Positions 49,466 through 58,334 of a stretch of DNA of 64,000 nucleotides are shown piece by piece. A program made the translations under genes and the position numbers. Below the pieces are notes generated by a model. It was not told the origin of the DNA and made no database searches. It saw only the letters and a list, made by a program, of their open reading frames with translations. Every line of letters starts with the position of its first letter. Within the stretch, counting starts at the first letter, position 1. Source of the DNA: Rubripirellula sp. (GTDB lineage Bacteria; Planctomycetota; Planctomycetia; Pirellulales; Pirellulaceae); assembly GCA_965216875.1 (NCBI GenBank), contig OZ244207.1:928001-992000 (forward strand). The letters run 5' to 3'.

Positions 49466-50581
49466 CTACCTTGCTACCTCACCACCAAGCATCATCTTCT
49501 TGAGTGCGGCTTGAGTTTCCGCAAGCGTACAACGGTTCTCGGCGTCTGTCACGCGATAACCGTCATCGGTCACCGCTATCTCCCTATCCCCGATGACAAT
49601 GAAACCGGTGCCCCGCATTTCCAACAGGATTTGCACCACCGTCCGTCTTGCTCGATCGTCTTTCGCGTCCGGCAACACGTCGATACACGCCTGGATCGCG
49701 GTGTTCTTCTGGACGCGTTCCCAGGGATCGAGATCAAGGTAACCCTCGCCTACCATGATGTCACGAAGGCAACTCTCAATCGACATGTCTGATTCATGTA
49801 GCAGGCTCGCGATCTGTCTGAAGAGTTCGGGTTGAGGCTGACTACGTATCGTGTTGATCTGCATCGCGTAACGCCGCAGTCTTGCGTCGGTATGTAGTTT
49901 TCGCGACGCGATCAGGTCTCGGAGGGGCAGCGGGTATTTTTCGAGTTGTTCTCGTGTTGCGAGACGCTCTCTGCGAAATAACTCGGCGCCAGTAGGAAAA
50001 CGCCGGAGCTCGCTCAGTGATTCGGGATCGGCTGGTCGAAGCGATCCTGCGCTAATCGAGACCTTCTTAACGAAAACCTCGCTTGGGGCGGCACCTTTGG
50101 CTCCTGTTACTGACGCAAACACGGAAACGTACCGCAGTCTATGGTTGGTTTCACGAGTCACAAACGTCCATCCAGTGGTCCAGTTCCATTTGCCGAGCGT
50201 ACCCCAAGCGGTTGAAGGTGCACGTGACTGACCCAACAAGTCGTTAAGAGCGGCGAGTGTTTTCGCACTGCGAATCGTCGCTTCGTCCGGCAGTGAATCA
50301 CGATAGGTGGGCGCGTCAGATGCTATGTGCGACCCGTTGTGCATTCGAGCCAACACGACAGACCCCTGGTGGAGATACCCGTATTCAAGCCGTAAGCCCA
50401 TGGGGTGATCGTCCTCTCGCCGGATCGTTCCGACCCAGTCATGTTGCAATTTCCCCGGCTTCGTTGTTTGACGGCCTTGCGACTGAAGGGAGATAAGTTG
50501 ATCGAGGTCAGTGGGTGACTGGCTAAGAGCAACGGCTGGGTGCGCAAAGGCAAACAAAGCGAAGACGATGAAAAACTTCAT
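49466..50581 (-). CDS. Hypothetical secreted protein (371 aa)
   Basis: Signal peptide MKFFIVFALFAFAHPAVA from ATG 50581; no family recognised. Confidence 0.7.
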   Translation of the reverse strand: MKFFIVFALFAFAHPAVALSQSPTDLDQLISLQSQGRQTTKPGKLQHDWVGTIRREDDHPMGLRLEYGYLHQGSVVLARMHNGSHIASDAPTYRDSLPDEATIRSAKTLAALNDLLGQSRAPSTAWGTLGKWNWTTGWTFVTRETNHRLRYVSVFASVTGAKGAAPSEVFVKKVSISAGSLRPADPESLSELRRFPTGAELFRRERLATREQLEKYPLPLRDLIASRKLHTDARLRRYAMQINTIRSQPQPELFRQIASLLHESDMSIESCLRDIMVGEGYLDLDPWERVQKNTAIQACIDVLPDAKDDRARRTVVQILLEMRGTGFIVIGDREIAVTDDGYRVTDAENRCTLAETQAALKKMMLGGEVAR

Positions 50582-50832
50582 CTGATCGATACCCCGAACG
50601 GTCAGGATTGAAGGCAACCTACACTGCATCCGATTCTATCGTTGCGGTCACAGCCCATGGCTCGGTGCCATTCGTGTTATTTGGTCAATTCGTGGTTTCC
50701 GCAGTTCTTGCTTCGGACGCGTCCCTCACCAGTTGGCTGATCGGATCGTGGTGCGGGATTTGTGCGAACTCTTGCAACCTGCTTGTGTCCCTGGGGTGTC
50801 AAAACGAGGCGGGGCAAAGGTGCGTGGAGTCG

Positions 50833-51276
50833 ATGATGAACGCGGTTGTATTGATCGGAATTCAAGGTTCGGGGAAATCATCCTTCTATAAGGAACGCTA
50901 TTTCGCCACCCACGTGCACATTAGCTTGGATCAGATCAAGACTCGGCATCGCGAACGCCGCCTGATCGAGGCATGCATCGAGACGCAGCAACCTTTTGTA
51001 GTGGACAACACCAATCCAACGACCGCTGATCGCTGCCGCTACATCGACGCGGCCAGGGCAGCGGGGTACGTCATCGAAGCCTTCTATTTTCGTTCCAAGG
51101 TCGATGAGTGTTTGGTGAGAAACGCAGAGCGTGAGCGAGTTGTCCCCGAGGTGGCGATTTTGGCAACAGCGAGCAAGTTGCAGCGGCCTTCGGTTCATGA
51201 GGGCTTTGATGAAGTTCACTACGTGCGTTTGACAAAAACTGGTTTTGAAGTGAGTCGGTGGTCCGATGAAGTTTGA
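50833..51276 (+). CDS. P-loop kinase of the AAA_33/polynucleotide kinase (PNKP kinase domain) type
   Basis: Walker A GIQGSGKSS, HISLD, VVDNTNP...RCRYIDAARAAG, lid RNAER, PSVHEGF. GGAG RBS before ATGATG; 11-nt overlap with the Thg1-like gene. Confidence 0.88.
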   Translation: MMNAVVLIGIQGSGKSSFYKERYFATHVHISLDQIKTRHRERRLIEACIETQQPFVVDNTNPTTADRCRYIDAARAAGYVIEAFYFRSKVDECLVRNAERERVVPEVAILATASKLQRPSVHEGFDEVHYVRLTKTGFEVSRWSDEV

Positions 51277-52045
51277 TGAACTCGACCGAAAGATGCGCGT
51301 GTTTGAAACGGCATCGGATACCTGTGTCTTGCCTGGCATTTTCATGGTGGCCCGACTTGATGGTCGAAGTTTCACCCGTTTGACCAAGCAGACGGCTCAG
51401 TTCAAGGCACCATTCGACGAGCGGTTTCGCGACCTGATGGTGCAGACCTGCAAGGAGCTGATGCAATGCGGTTTCAATGTTCGATACGCCTACAGCGAAA
51501 GTGATGAAATCTCTTTGTTGTTTGACCTCGGCGAATCGGCGTTCGGAAGAAAGCTACGGAAGTTCAACTCGACGCTCGCTGGAGAAGCGAGCGCTGTTTT
51601 TTCATTGGCTTTTGGTCAGCGGGCTTGCTTTGATTGCCGCATCTCGCAGTTGCCAAGTGTTGACTTGGTCGTCGACTACTTTCGTTGGCGCAATGAAGAT
51701 GCATGCCGCAACGCACTCAACGCATGGTGTTATTGGACACTGCGTGATGCGGGGCTCGGGAAAGCGGAAGCGACAAAGCAGGTCGAAGGGAAGTCGGTAG
51801 CCGAGAAGAACCAGTTGCTGTTCGATTATGGCGTCAATTTCAATGACTTGCCCGGATGGCAAAAACGCGGCGTCGGCGTCTATTGGCAAACGTACGAGAA
51901 ATCGGCGGTCAGTCCGAAGACAGGCCGCGAAGTCAAAGCGTCGCGTCGACGCCTTGCCGTCGACTTCGATTTGCCGATGAAGGATGCCTACAGCGAATTC
52001 GTGAGGAGACGCTGCTGTGAAAAGCAGGGCACGAACACAAAGTGA
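51266..52045 (+). CDS. tRNA(His) guanylyltransferase Thg1-like protein (3'-5' RNA polymerase)
   Basis: ARLDGRSF, YSESDEISLLF, GRKLRKFNS, FDCRI, DYFRWRNEDACRNALN, GVNFNDLPGWQKRG. Confidence 0.93.
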   Translation: MKFDELDRKMRVFETASDTCVLPGIFMVARLDGRSFTRLTKQTAQFKAPFDERFRDLMVQTCKELMQCGFNVRYAYSESDEISLLFDLGESAFGRKLRKFNSTLAGEASAVFSLAFGQRACFDCRISQLPSVDLVVDYFRWRNEDACRNALNAWCYWTLRDAGLGKAEATKQVEGKSVAEKNQLLFDYGVNFNDLPGWQKRGVGVYWQTYEKSAVSPKTGREVKASRRRLAVDFDLPMKDAYSEFVRRRCCEKQGTNTK

Positions 52046-52080
52046 TTCTCACTCGTGTGAACCGTGCAATTCGTGGTTCC

Positions 52081-52284
52081 CTATTCAACACGTTCCAAGA
52101 CGTCCGAGACGACTTCGAGGTCGGTGTAGAACATGGCGCTCGGGTCGATCTTGTGAGCATCCAGGAATTGCTCGCGCTCTTTGACCCTCGGCGACTTGGC
52201 GATCGTGGGCAGCACGAAGCCCCAGATCACCACGATCGCGGCGATGGTTCCGAGGAATGTCACGATGCGGTTCTTCTTGGACAT
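52081..52284 (-). CDS. Small single-TM protein downstream of the YeiH-type transporter
   Basis: 67-aa ORF with one hydrophobic helix and IDPSAMFYTDLE; starts 6 nt after the transporter stop. Confidence 0.65.
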   Translation of the reverse strand: MSKKNRIVTFLGTIAAIVVIWGFVLPTIAKSPRVKEREQFLDAHKIDPSAMFYTDLEVVSDVLERVE

Positions 52285-52290
52285 GTCGAT

Positions 52291-53742
52291 CTACTTGGCC
52301 CAGGTTGCGATGAAGTCTTTGAAGATCACGCCAAACATCAAGTAGGCCATCAGCAGCGTGAGGACCAGGTTTAATGATTGCCCGCAAACGTAGAGCACCA
52401 ATGGCTTGCCACCTTTGAAGTAGGGAGCCAGGTCTTTGAATCGTGTCTCCAGACCAATGCAAACGAAGGCGAGGCAGAAGAACCAGCCCCGCATCGTCTT
52501 GGAAGATCCTTTCATGGCGTCAACGACTTCGGGGCCGCCGTCCATCAATGCATGGATGATCGAGAAGACGATCGAAGCCAGGATGAATCCGATCACAAAC
52601 TTGGGAAAACGTTTCCAGATCTCAGAGACCTGTGGCTTGGTTGATCCTTCGGTGCGTTCGACACTGGTGACCCAGTAGGTTGCGATGCCAAATGCCGACA
52701 CGCCGATCAGGATGTTTTGGATCATTTTGACGGTCGCTGCGATTTCGAGCGGCCGTTCACCGGGCAACGTCGCACCGGCCACCGCAACCGCTCCCGTCGC
52801 ATCGATGGTCCCGCCGAGCCAAGCGGCTCCGACATCAAGATCCATTCCCGTGATGCGAATCACTTGGGGCAAAACGATCATCATCACGACGGTAAACGAA
52901 AGGGACATGCCGATCGCGAGCGAAAGCTCTTCCTTTTTCGCCCGACAAGCCGCCGCAGCAGCGATGGCGGCCGACACACCGCAGACCGACATGTCGGCCG
53001 AGATGACCATGTTGAGTGTTCGAGACTTCATCTTCAGCACCTTTTGCCCAAACGCATAGGTGCTGATCAAAACGATCGGTGTCACGACCCAGGCGACGAA
53101 GATGCCAGGCACGCCGAGGGCCAGCAGTCGAGACATCAAGACTTCCGCACCCAAAAGCACGAGGCCAGTCTTGATGAAAAACTCGGTCACAACGGCCGGT
53201 TTGACCCAACCGGGCGTTCCCAACGTGTTCGAAATGATCAGGCCGATCCCTAACGCCCAAAGCGCGTACTCGAGGTTGTAGGCCTTCACGACGGTTTGCG
53301 ACGCAAGCACATAGGCCACCGTTGCAAGCAGGAAGACGACGACAAATCCCGGCAAGAACTTTGCTGGCGAGTTGTCAGGGCTCTTGAGCGGCATCGCAAT
53401 GCAAAGCAACACCGCCAGGATCGCAAAGACGCCGAGGCAACCTACCAGCGGTCCCCAGTCGGTACTGCCATCTTCTTGTGGCGCGCCGAAGGCATCGATC
53501 GGACTTTCCGTCCACTTGGTCGGTTTGGCGACGTAGGCCTTGAGTGGATTGGTGGCCTCGATTGTGGCAGGTGCTTCCTCTGTCGCAGGCGTGGTGGTTG
53601 TGTTGGCGAGGACCGCGCCGAAGGAAACGATCAGCAGCGTCCACGCACACAGGACCGCCAAGAGGTCTTCCGAGATTCGCCCCTTCGTTGGTGCGTCGGA
53701 CTTTGGTGCGTCGGACGGTTCACTGTTGGGTGCGTCGGTCAT
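52291..53742 (-). CDS. YeiH-family (putative sulfate exporter) membrane protein
   Basis: Many TM helices; [58 protein letters not shown]. Confidence 0.9.
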   Translation of the reverse strand: MTDAPNSEPSDAPKSDAPTKGRISEDLLAVLCAWTLLIVSFGAVLANTTTTPATEEAPATIEATNPLKAYVAKPTKWTESPIDAFGAPQEDGSTDWGPLVGCLGVFAILAVLLCIAMPLKSPDNSPAKFLPGFVVVFLLATVAYVLASQTVVKAYNLEYALWALGIGLIISNTLGTPGWVKPAVVTEFFIKTGLVLLGAEVLMSRLLALGVPGIFVAWVVTPIVLISTYAFGQKVLKMKSRTLNMVISADMSVCGVSAAIAAAAACRAKKEELSLAIGMSLSFTVVMMIVLPQVIRITGMDLDVGAAWLGGTIDATGAVAVAGATLPGERPLEIAATVKMIQNILIGVSAFGIATYWVTSVERTEGSTKPQVSEIWKRFPKFVIGFILASIVFSIIHALMDGGPEVVDAMKGSSKTMRGWFFCLAFVCIGLETRFKDLAPYFKGGKPLVLYVCGQSLNLVLTLLMAYLMFGVIFKDFIATWAK

Positions 53743-53790
53743 CGGAGGGCTCGGGGGGAGGGGAAGAAAGCTCTAATCTGCTCGTCTCAA

Positions 53791-53967
53791 CACTCTCCCT
53801 TGGGAGAGTCGGGCTCTCAGGCCTGGAGAGGGTCTTTCTGTTGGGGGTGATTCCCTCCCTGGGCTTTAGCGTCCGACCCTCCCGTAAGTGGGAGGGTGTT
53901 TGCTGCCAGTTCGTAGTACCGAGCTCTAGCCGGAATCTTCTCGCATTCCGCCTAAAGGCGGGACTAC
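53791..53967. repeat. ~105-bp composite element followed by a GTAG REP doublet
   Basis: 53791-53898 matches the 38249 family; 53913-53967 matches 36847. Confidence 0.9.
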
Positions 53968-54017
53968 AAACGATTGTGGAGGGTGGTTCAGCAGTGCATC
54001 GCCACAAACGCCGTCGT

Positions 54018-56069
54018 CTACGACAGCAGGCTTGCCGACAGTTCTTTCTCGCATGCACCGACAACTTGACCGATCAATGTGTCGGCCTCTTTGCCGCTCA
54101 GGGTCGCATCGTGCTTTTGCAGTTCGACGGTCAATAGGATCCGTTTGCGGTCCGGTCCGTCTTTCTTTTCGTCTCGGTAGGTTTCGCGGTAGGTCACGCC
54201 GGCAAGTTCGCTGCCAACTGCCGCTCGGACGACGTTTTCCATTTCTGCCCAAGCCACCGACTCGGCGACGACAAAGTTCAGGTCGCGTTGCATCGACGGG
54301 AACGTGCTGACGCTCTTTTGTTGTGGGACCAACTGTGAGACTTCAAGCAGGACGGGGAGCGACAACTCGGCGGCCACGGTTGCGTTTGGCAACTTGTGCG
54401 CTTTGAGCACGGAGCCATCGACAATCCCCAGGTACCCGAGAACGCGGTCGTCGATCTTCAACTCGACGACGCCGCCCTTGGCGAATCCGTCACGGTCTAC
54501 CTTTTCGACATGGATCTGTGATTCGATTCCCATGCGATTGCAAAGGGTCTCGAGGATGCCTTTGAGTTCAAAGTACTCACAGCCAGCGACGATGCCGAGT
54601 GAGTACTGTTCGCTTGGCAGTGTGTCGCCCTTGTCGCTGGGCAAATAGATATGAGCAATCTCGAAGAGGTCAGCTTCGATACTGGCTTTGGCCCAGTTGA
54701 GCGCGCGGCCTTCGATCAAGCTTGGGATCAATGAACGTCGGATGCGCCGCGATCCTTCGAGCATCGCGGTTTGCGTTTGCAGGGCGGGCCGGTCCGTCCA
54801 AGGGCTGATCGATTCGTCGAGCTTTTTGACAACCACACTCGGTGTCATCGCTTCGCTGAGGCCGACGGAGGTCAAAACACCTCGCACCCGTTCCATCGCG
54901 ACATCGAAGGGACGCTTTACACTTGGGGCAACGGGGACCGGCGAATCCTCGGGGATTTGGTCGTAGCCATGAATCCGCGCGACCTCTTCGATCAAGTCGG
55001 CTTCGCGTGTCAGGTCATGGCGCCAAGTTGGCGGGATGTAGTTGGTTGCATCAGCCGAAGCTGCATCGGCACTGCAACCGAGTTCCTTCAAGATGCGTTC
55101 GACTTCCGCTGGCTCGATCTTGATACCGAGGATGCGTTCGAGCTGTGACAGGCGAAGGACGATCCGTTCCCGTGGTGGGATCGTCGCCGCGGTGTCGATC
55201 ACGCCATCGACGACTTCACCGCCAGCAATGTCGGTGATGATGTCGCAAACGCGTTGGCTGGCCCAGTCGACACCGACCGGATCAACTTTGCGCTCGAACC
55301 GGTACGACGAAGGGCTATGCAGTTTCAATCGACGGGCGGTGCGTCGTACAAAGAGTGGTGTGAAGATTGCGGCCTCGATCACCAAGTCGGTGGTCGATTC
55401 GGAAACTTCCGAGTTCGCACCGCCCATCACACCCGCAACGGCTTCGGCATGGTTGGCATCGGCGATCACGCACATCGACTCATCAAGTTCGTAGTCTTTG
55501 TGGTCGATCGCTTTGATCTTCTCGCCCTTTTGGCCCGGGCGGACGACGATTTTCTGGTCGGCGATTTTCGAGTGGTCAAACGCGTGCAGCGGTTGGCCGC
55601 ATTCCATCAACACATAGTTGGTTGCATCGACGATGTTGTTGACCGGTTGGAAGTGTTTGATCTTGCCATCTTTTTCCTTCCAGAACACCGATCGCAGTGC
55701 TTCGACCATCCAATCAGGGCTCGGGCCAACTTTGACGCCTTGAATGACGCGAGCGGTATAGCGAGGGCAAGCTTCGAGGAACTGGTTCTCTACGCTCAGC
55801 ATCGAGTCGATCGACGTGCCGTTGGTCTTCAGGTTGACTGCGGGTTTGTTGAGTTGTTCGCCGTAGAGGACGCTGATCTCGCGAGCGACGCCGATGTGGC
55901 CCAGGCAGTCACCGCGATTACTGGTCACTTCCAAATCGATCACGATATCGTCATCGATCTCGGTCGTGCCTTCGTGGTTGAGTCCCGTCAGGCTCAATCG
56001 CAATGCCAACTCTTCATGAGTCACAGGCACTTTGACGTACTTGGACAACCATTTCAGCGAGACAAGCAT
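54018..56069 (-). CDS. pheT: Phenylalanine--tRNA ligase beta subunit (short form, 683 aa)
   Basis: MLVSLKWL, EVTSNRGDCLG, NNIVDATNYV..E.GQPLHAFD, SSYRFER, PTWRHDL.READLIEEVARIHGY, FPSMQRDL. Confidence 0.96.
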   Translation of the reverse strand: MLVSLKWLSKYVKVPVTHEELALRLSLTGLNHEGTTEIDDDIVIDLEVTSNRGDCLGHIGVAREISVLYGEQLNKPAVNLKTNGTSIDSMLSVENQFLEACPRYTARVIQGVKVGPSPDWMVEALRSVFWKEKDGKIKHFQPVNNIVDATNYVLMECGQPLHAFDHSKIADQKIVVRPGQKGEKIKAIDHKDYELDESMCVIADANHAEAVAGVMGGANSEVSESTTDLVIEAAIFTPLFVRRTARRLKLHSPSSYRFERKVDPVGVDWASQRVCDIITDIAGGEVVDGVIDTAATIPPRERIVLRLSQLERILGIKIEPAEVERILKELGCSADAASADATNYIPPTWRHDLTREADLIEEVARIHGYDQIPEDSPVPVAPSVKRPFDVAMERVRGVLTSVGLSEAMTPSVVVKKLDESISPWTDRPALQTQTAMLEGSRRIRRSLIPSLIEGRALNWAKASIEADLFEIAHIYLPSDKGDTLPSEQYSLGIVAGCEYFELKGILETLCNRMGIESQIHVEKVDRDGFAKGGVVELKIDDRVLGYLGIVDGSVLKAHKLPNATVAAELSLPVLLEVSQLVPQQKSVSTFPSMQRDLNFVVAESVAWAEMENVVRAAVGSELAGVTYRETYRDEKKDGPDRKRILLTVELQKHDATLSGKEADTLIGQVVGACEKELSASLLS

Positions 56070-56117
56070 GGTGTGACACCAACGTGTTGGATGAACTTTG
56101 AGCGGTGGAGAGCTGGA

Positions 56118-57146
56118 CTAGAACTGGCGCAGGAAGCGGAGGTCGCCGCTGTACAAATCGCGGATGTCTTTGATGCCGTGGCGACGCATGCAGAGCCTTT
56201 CGATGCCGAGGCCGAACGCGAAGCCGCTGTACTGTTCGGGATCGTAGCCAACCGCTTGGAAGACGGCCGGGTCGACCATGCCTGCGCCACCGAATTCAAT
56301 CCATTCGCCATCCCAGAAGAAGTCGACTTCGACGCTTGGTTCAGTGAATGGGAAGAAGGAAGGGCGGAATCGAATTTCGACGTCGTCGCCCAAATAATTG
56401 GTTGCGAAGACGCGGAGGACGGTCTTTAAGTTGGCCATCGTCACATTTCTGTCGACCAACAAACCTTCCATCTGATGGAACATCGGAAAGTGGGTGCGGT
56501 CGGCTTCGTCCGGCCGATAGACGCGGCCGAGCGAAATGACACGAATCGGTGGCTCGCGGTTTTCCATCACCCGAATTTGAACCGTGCTCGTCTGGCTGCG
56601 AAGCAACTGGGTTCCTTCGACGCTGCGATCGTTCGCTGCGGCAGCGGTTGCCAGGTAGAAGTTGTCCAGCGGGTCGCGAGCCGGATGGTCCTCGGGAATG
56701 TTGAGTGCGACGAAGTTGTGGTGAGGGTCTTCGACCTCGGGGCCTTCGGCCGCTTCGAATCCCATCCGTCCCATGATCTCCATCAGGTGGTTGATCGTTT
56801 GGGTGATCGGATGGATGTGTCCCATGTTGGGACGAACACCAGGAAGCGTTGGGTCGAAGTGGGGATCAACGCCGCCGTCATCGCTACCGCCGAGTCGCGA
56901 CTGGGACGCTTCGAAAGCGGCTTGGATCGTTGATCGGAATGCGTTGAGCCGTTTGCCAGCCTCGGGACGCTCGCTTTTGTCGAGCGCGCCCATTTGCTTC
57001 GACACGTCGCGAAGGGCGCCCTTCTTTTGTCCCAGGTATTGAACGCGAGCCGCTTCAAGCGAATCGGCATCGCCAGCTGATTCGAATGCCGACGACGCTT
57101 CTTCCTGAAGTGAATCGAGCGTCGCAAGAAAATCCTGCAGAGTCAT
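56118..57146 (-). CDS. pheS: Phenylalanine--tRNA ligase alpha subunit
   Basis: GHIHPI, HPARD, LLRSQTSTVQIR, GRVYR, HFPMFHQMEG, FRPSFFPFTEPS, GFAFGLGIERL. Start ATG 57146 or GTG 57155. Confidence 0.97.
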   Translation of the reverse strand: MTLQDFLATLDSLQEEASSAFESAGDADSLEAARVQYLGQKKGALRDVSKQMGALDKSERPEAGKRLNAFRSTIQAAFEASQSRLGGSDDGGVDPHFDPTLPGVRPNMGHIHPITQTINHLMEIMGRMGFEAAEGPEVEDPHHNFVALNIPEDHPARDPLDNFYLATAAAANDRSVEGTQLLRSQTSTVQIRVMENREPPIRVISLGRVYRPDEADRTHFPMFHQMEGLLVDRNVTMANLKTVLRVFATNYLGDDVEIRFRPSFFPFTEPSVEVDFFWDGEWIEFGGAGMVDPAVFQAVGYDPEQYSGFAFGLGIERLCMRRHGIKDIRDLYSGDLRFLRQF

Positions 57147-57294
57147 GACCGCCACATGGGTTGCGTTGTTGGCGATTGAAAGAACGGTGGTTCACTCAGA
57201 TGCGAACGCGTTTTTGAGCCACCGTCGGACTCGCTGCTGAGGTTTGACTCATCGAGCAAGTCCGGTGACGGTTCGCGTTTCGATGAACCGCAAA

Positions 57295-57663
57295 CTATGC
57301 CGTAGGAGCAGCTTCCAAGGCTTCTTTGGCCTTGTCGCAAACGTCCTTAAAGCCAGCTTCGTCGTGGATCGCCATTTCCGACAGCGTCTTGCGGTCAAGT
57401 TCAATGCCAGCGAGCTTGAGGCCGTGGATGAACTGGCTGTATCGCAGGCCATGCTGACGAGCAGCGGCGTTGATACGGGTGATCCAGAGTTTGCGGAAAT
57501 CACGTTTTCGGACACGTCGATCGCGGAAGGCGTATGCACCACTGCGAAGCAACGACTCTTTGACGGTTCGCGTCAGTTTGCTGCGGCCGCCGCGGTAACC
57601 CTTGGCGCGCTTAAAGAGACGTTTTTTGGACTTATTACGGGCTGAACCGGTAGTGGTACGCAT
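57295..57663 (-). CDS. rplT: 50S ribosomal protein L20
   Basis: [48 protein letters not shown]. Confidence 0.98.
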   Translation of the reverse strand: MRTTTGSARNKSKKRLFKRAKGYRGGRSKLTRTVKESLLRSGAYAFRDRRVRKRDFRKLWITRINAAARQHGLRYSQFIHGLKLAGIELDRKTLSEMAIHDEAGFKDVCDKAKEALEAAPTA

Positions 57664-57844
57664 CGCGCTGTTCCTATCGCAATCGTGGTGATGTGTGTCT
57701 TTCGTATTTCCGGCTCAGGCCCCGTGGCAGCTATCGGCCACGATGTTTTGCCCAACCGAATGGAAACGTGATGTTCCTGGAAAGAATGGGGAGTGATGAA
57801 TCGGTTTGAGTCGAAGTCGCCTCCTGTGGAAGCGACCCATCGGC

Positions 57845-58060
57845 TCAATAGCTGTTGCCGTTCAGGGCCGCGTGAATCGTCGGCTCCATGCACGGATCGA
57901 CCGCTGTGGTTCCACGCAGGTTGCGACGGCGCTTCTTGCTCAGACCCTGAGCCAAGTGGCTGGTACCACTGCTGCGATGCATCGCTTTGCCCTTTGCGGA
58001 CAAACGAAATCGCTTTTTGGTGCCTTTGTGGGTCTTAACTTTGGACTTTCCTTTAGCCAT
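57845..58060 (-). CDS. rpmI: 50S ribosomal protein L35
   Basis: KVKTHKGTKKRFRLSAKGK...H...KKRRRNLR; directly upstream of rplT. Confidence 0.95.
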   Translation of the reverse strand: MAKGKSKVKTHKGTKKRFRLSAKGKAMHRSSGTSHLAQGLSKKRRRNLRGTTAVDPCMEPTIHAALNGNSY

Positions 58061-58217
58061 CGTTCTTCAATCTGTGTTGGATCTATTCGTAAAAAAGCAG
58101 GCTGAATCTCTATGATCGGCCGCAGGTCGAATTGAGTTGAATCGCGGAGAATACCGCACGAGCGGGTGTTTGGGAAGTGCTAATTCACAGTTCGACGTGC
58201 GTCAGCAAGCGTTTTAA

Positions 58218-58324
58218 CACTCTCCCTTGGGAGAGTCGGGCTCTCAGGCCCGGAGAGGGTTTGTTTTGTAGCGATTATTCCCTCCCCGGACTTTGCGTCC
58301 GACCCTCCCACAAGCGGGAGGGTG
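58218..58324. repeat. ~105-bp composite palindromic element
   Basis: Same arms as 38249/49350/53791. Confidence 0.9.
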
Positions 58325-58334
58325 TTTGCTCGGC

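Noticed and set aside
48324..52081. Integron attC sites
   Set aside because: The repeats lack proper RYYYAAC/GTTRRRY ends, the enclosed genes face both ways, and no integrase is present.
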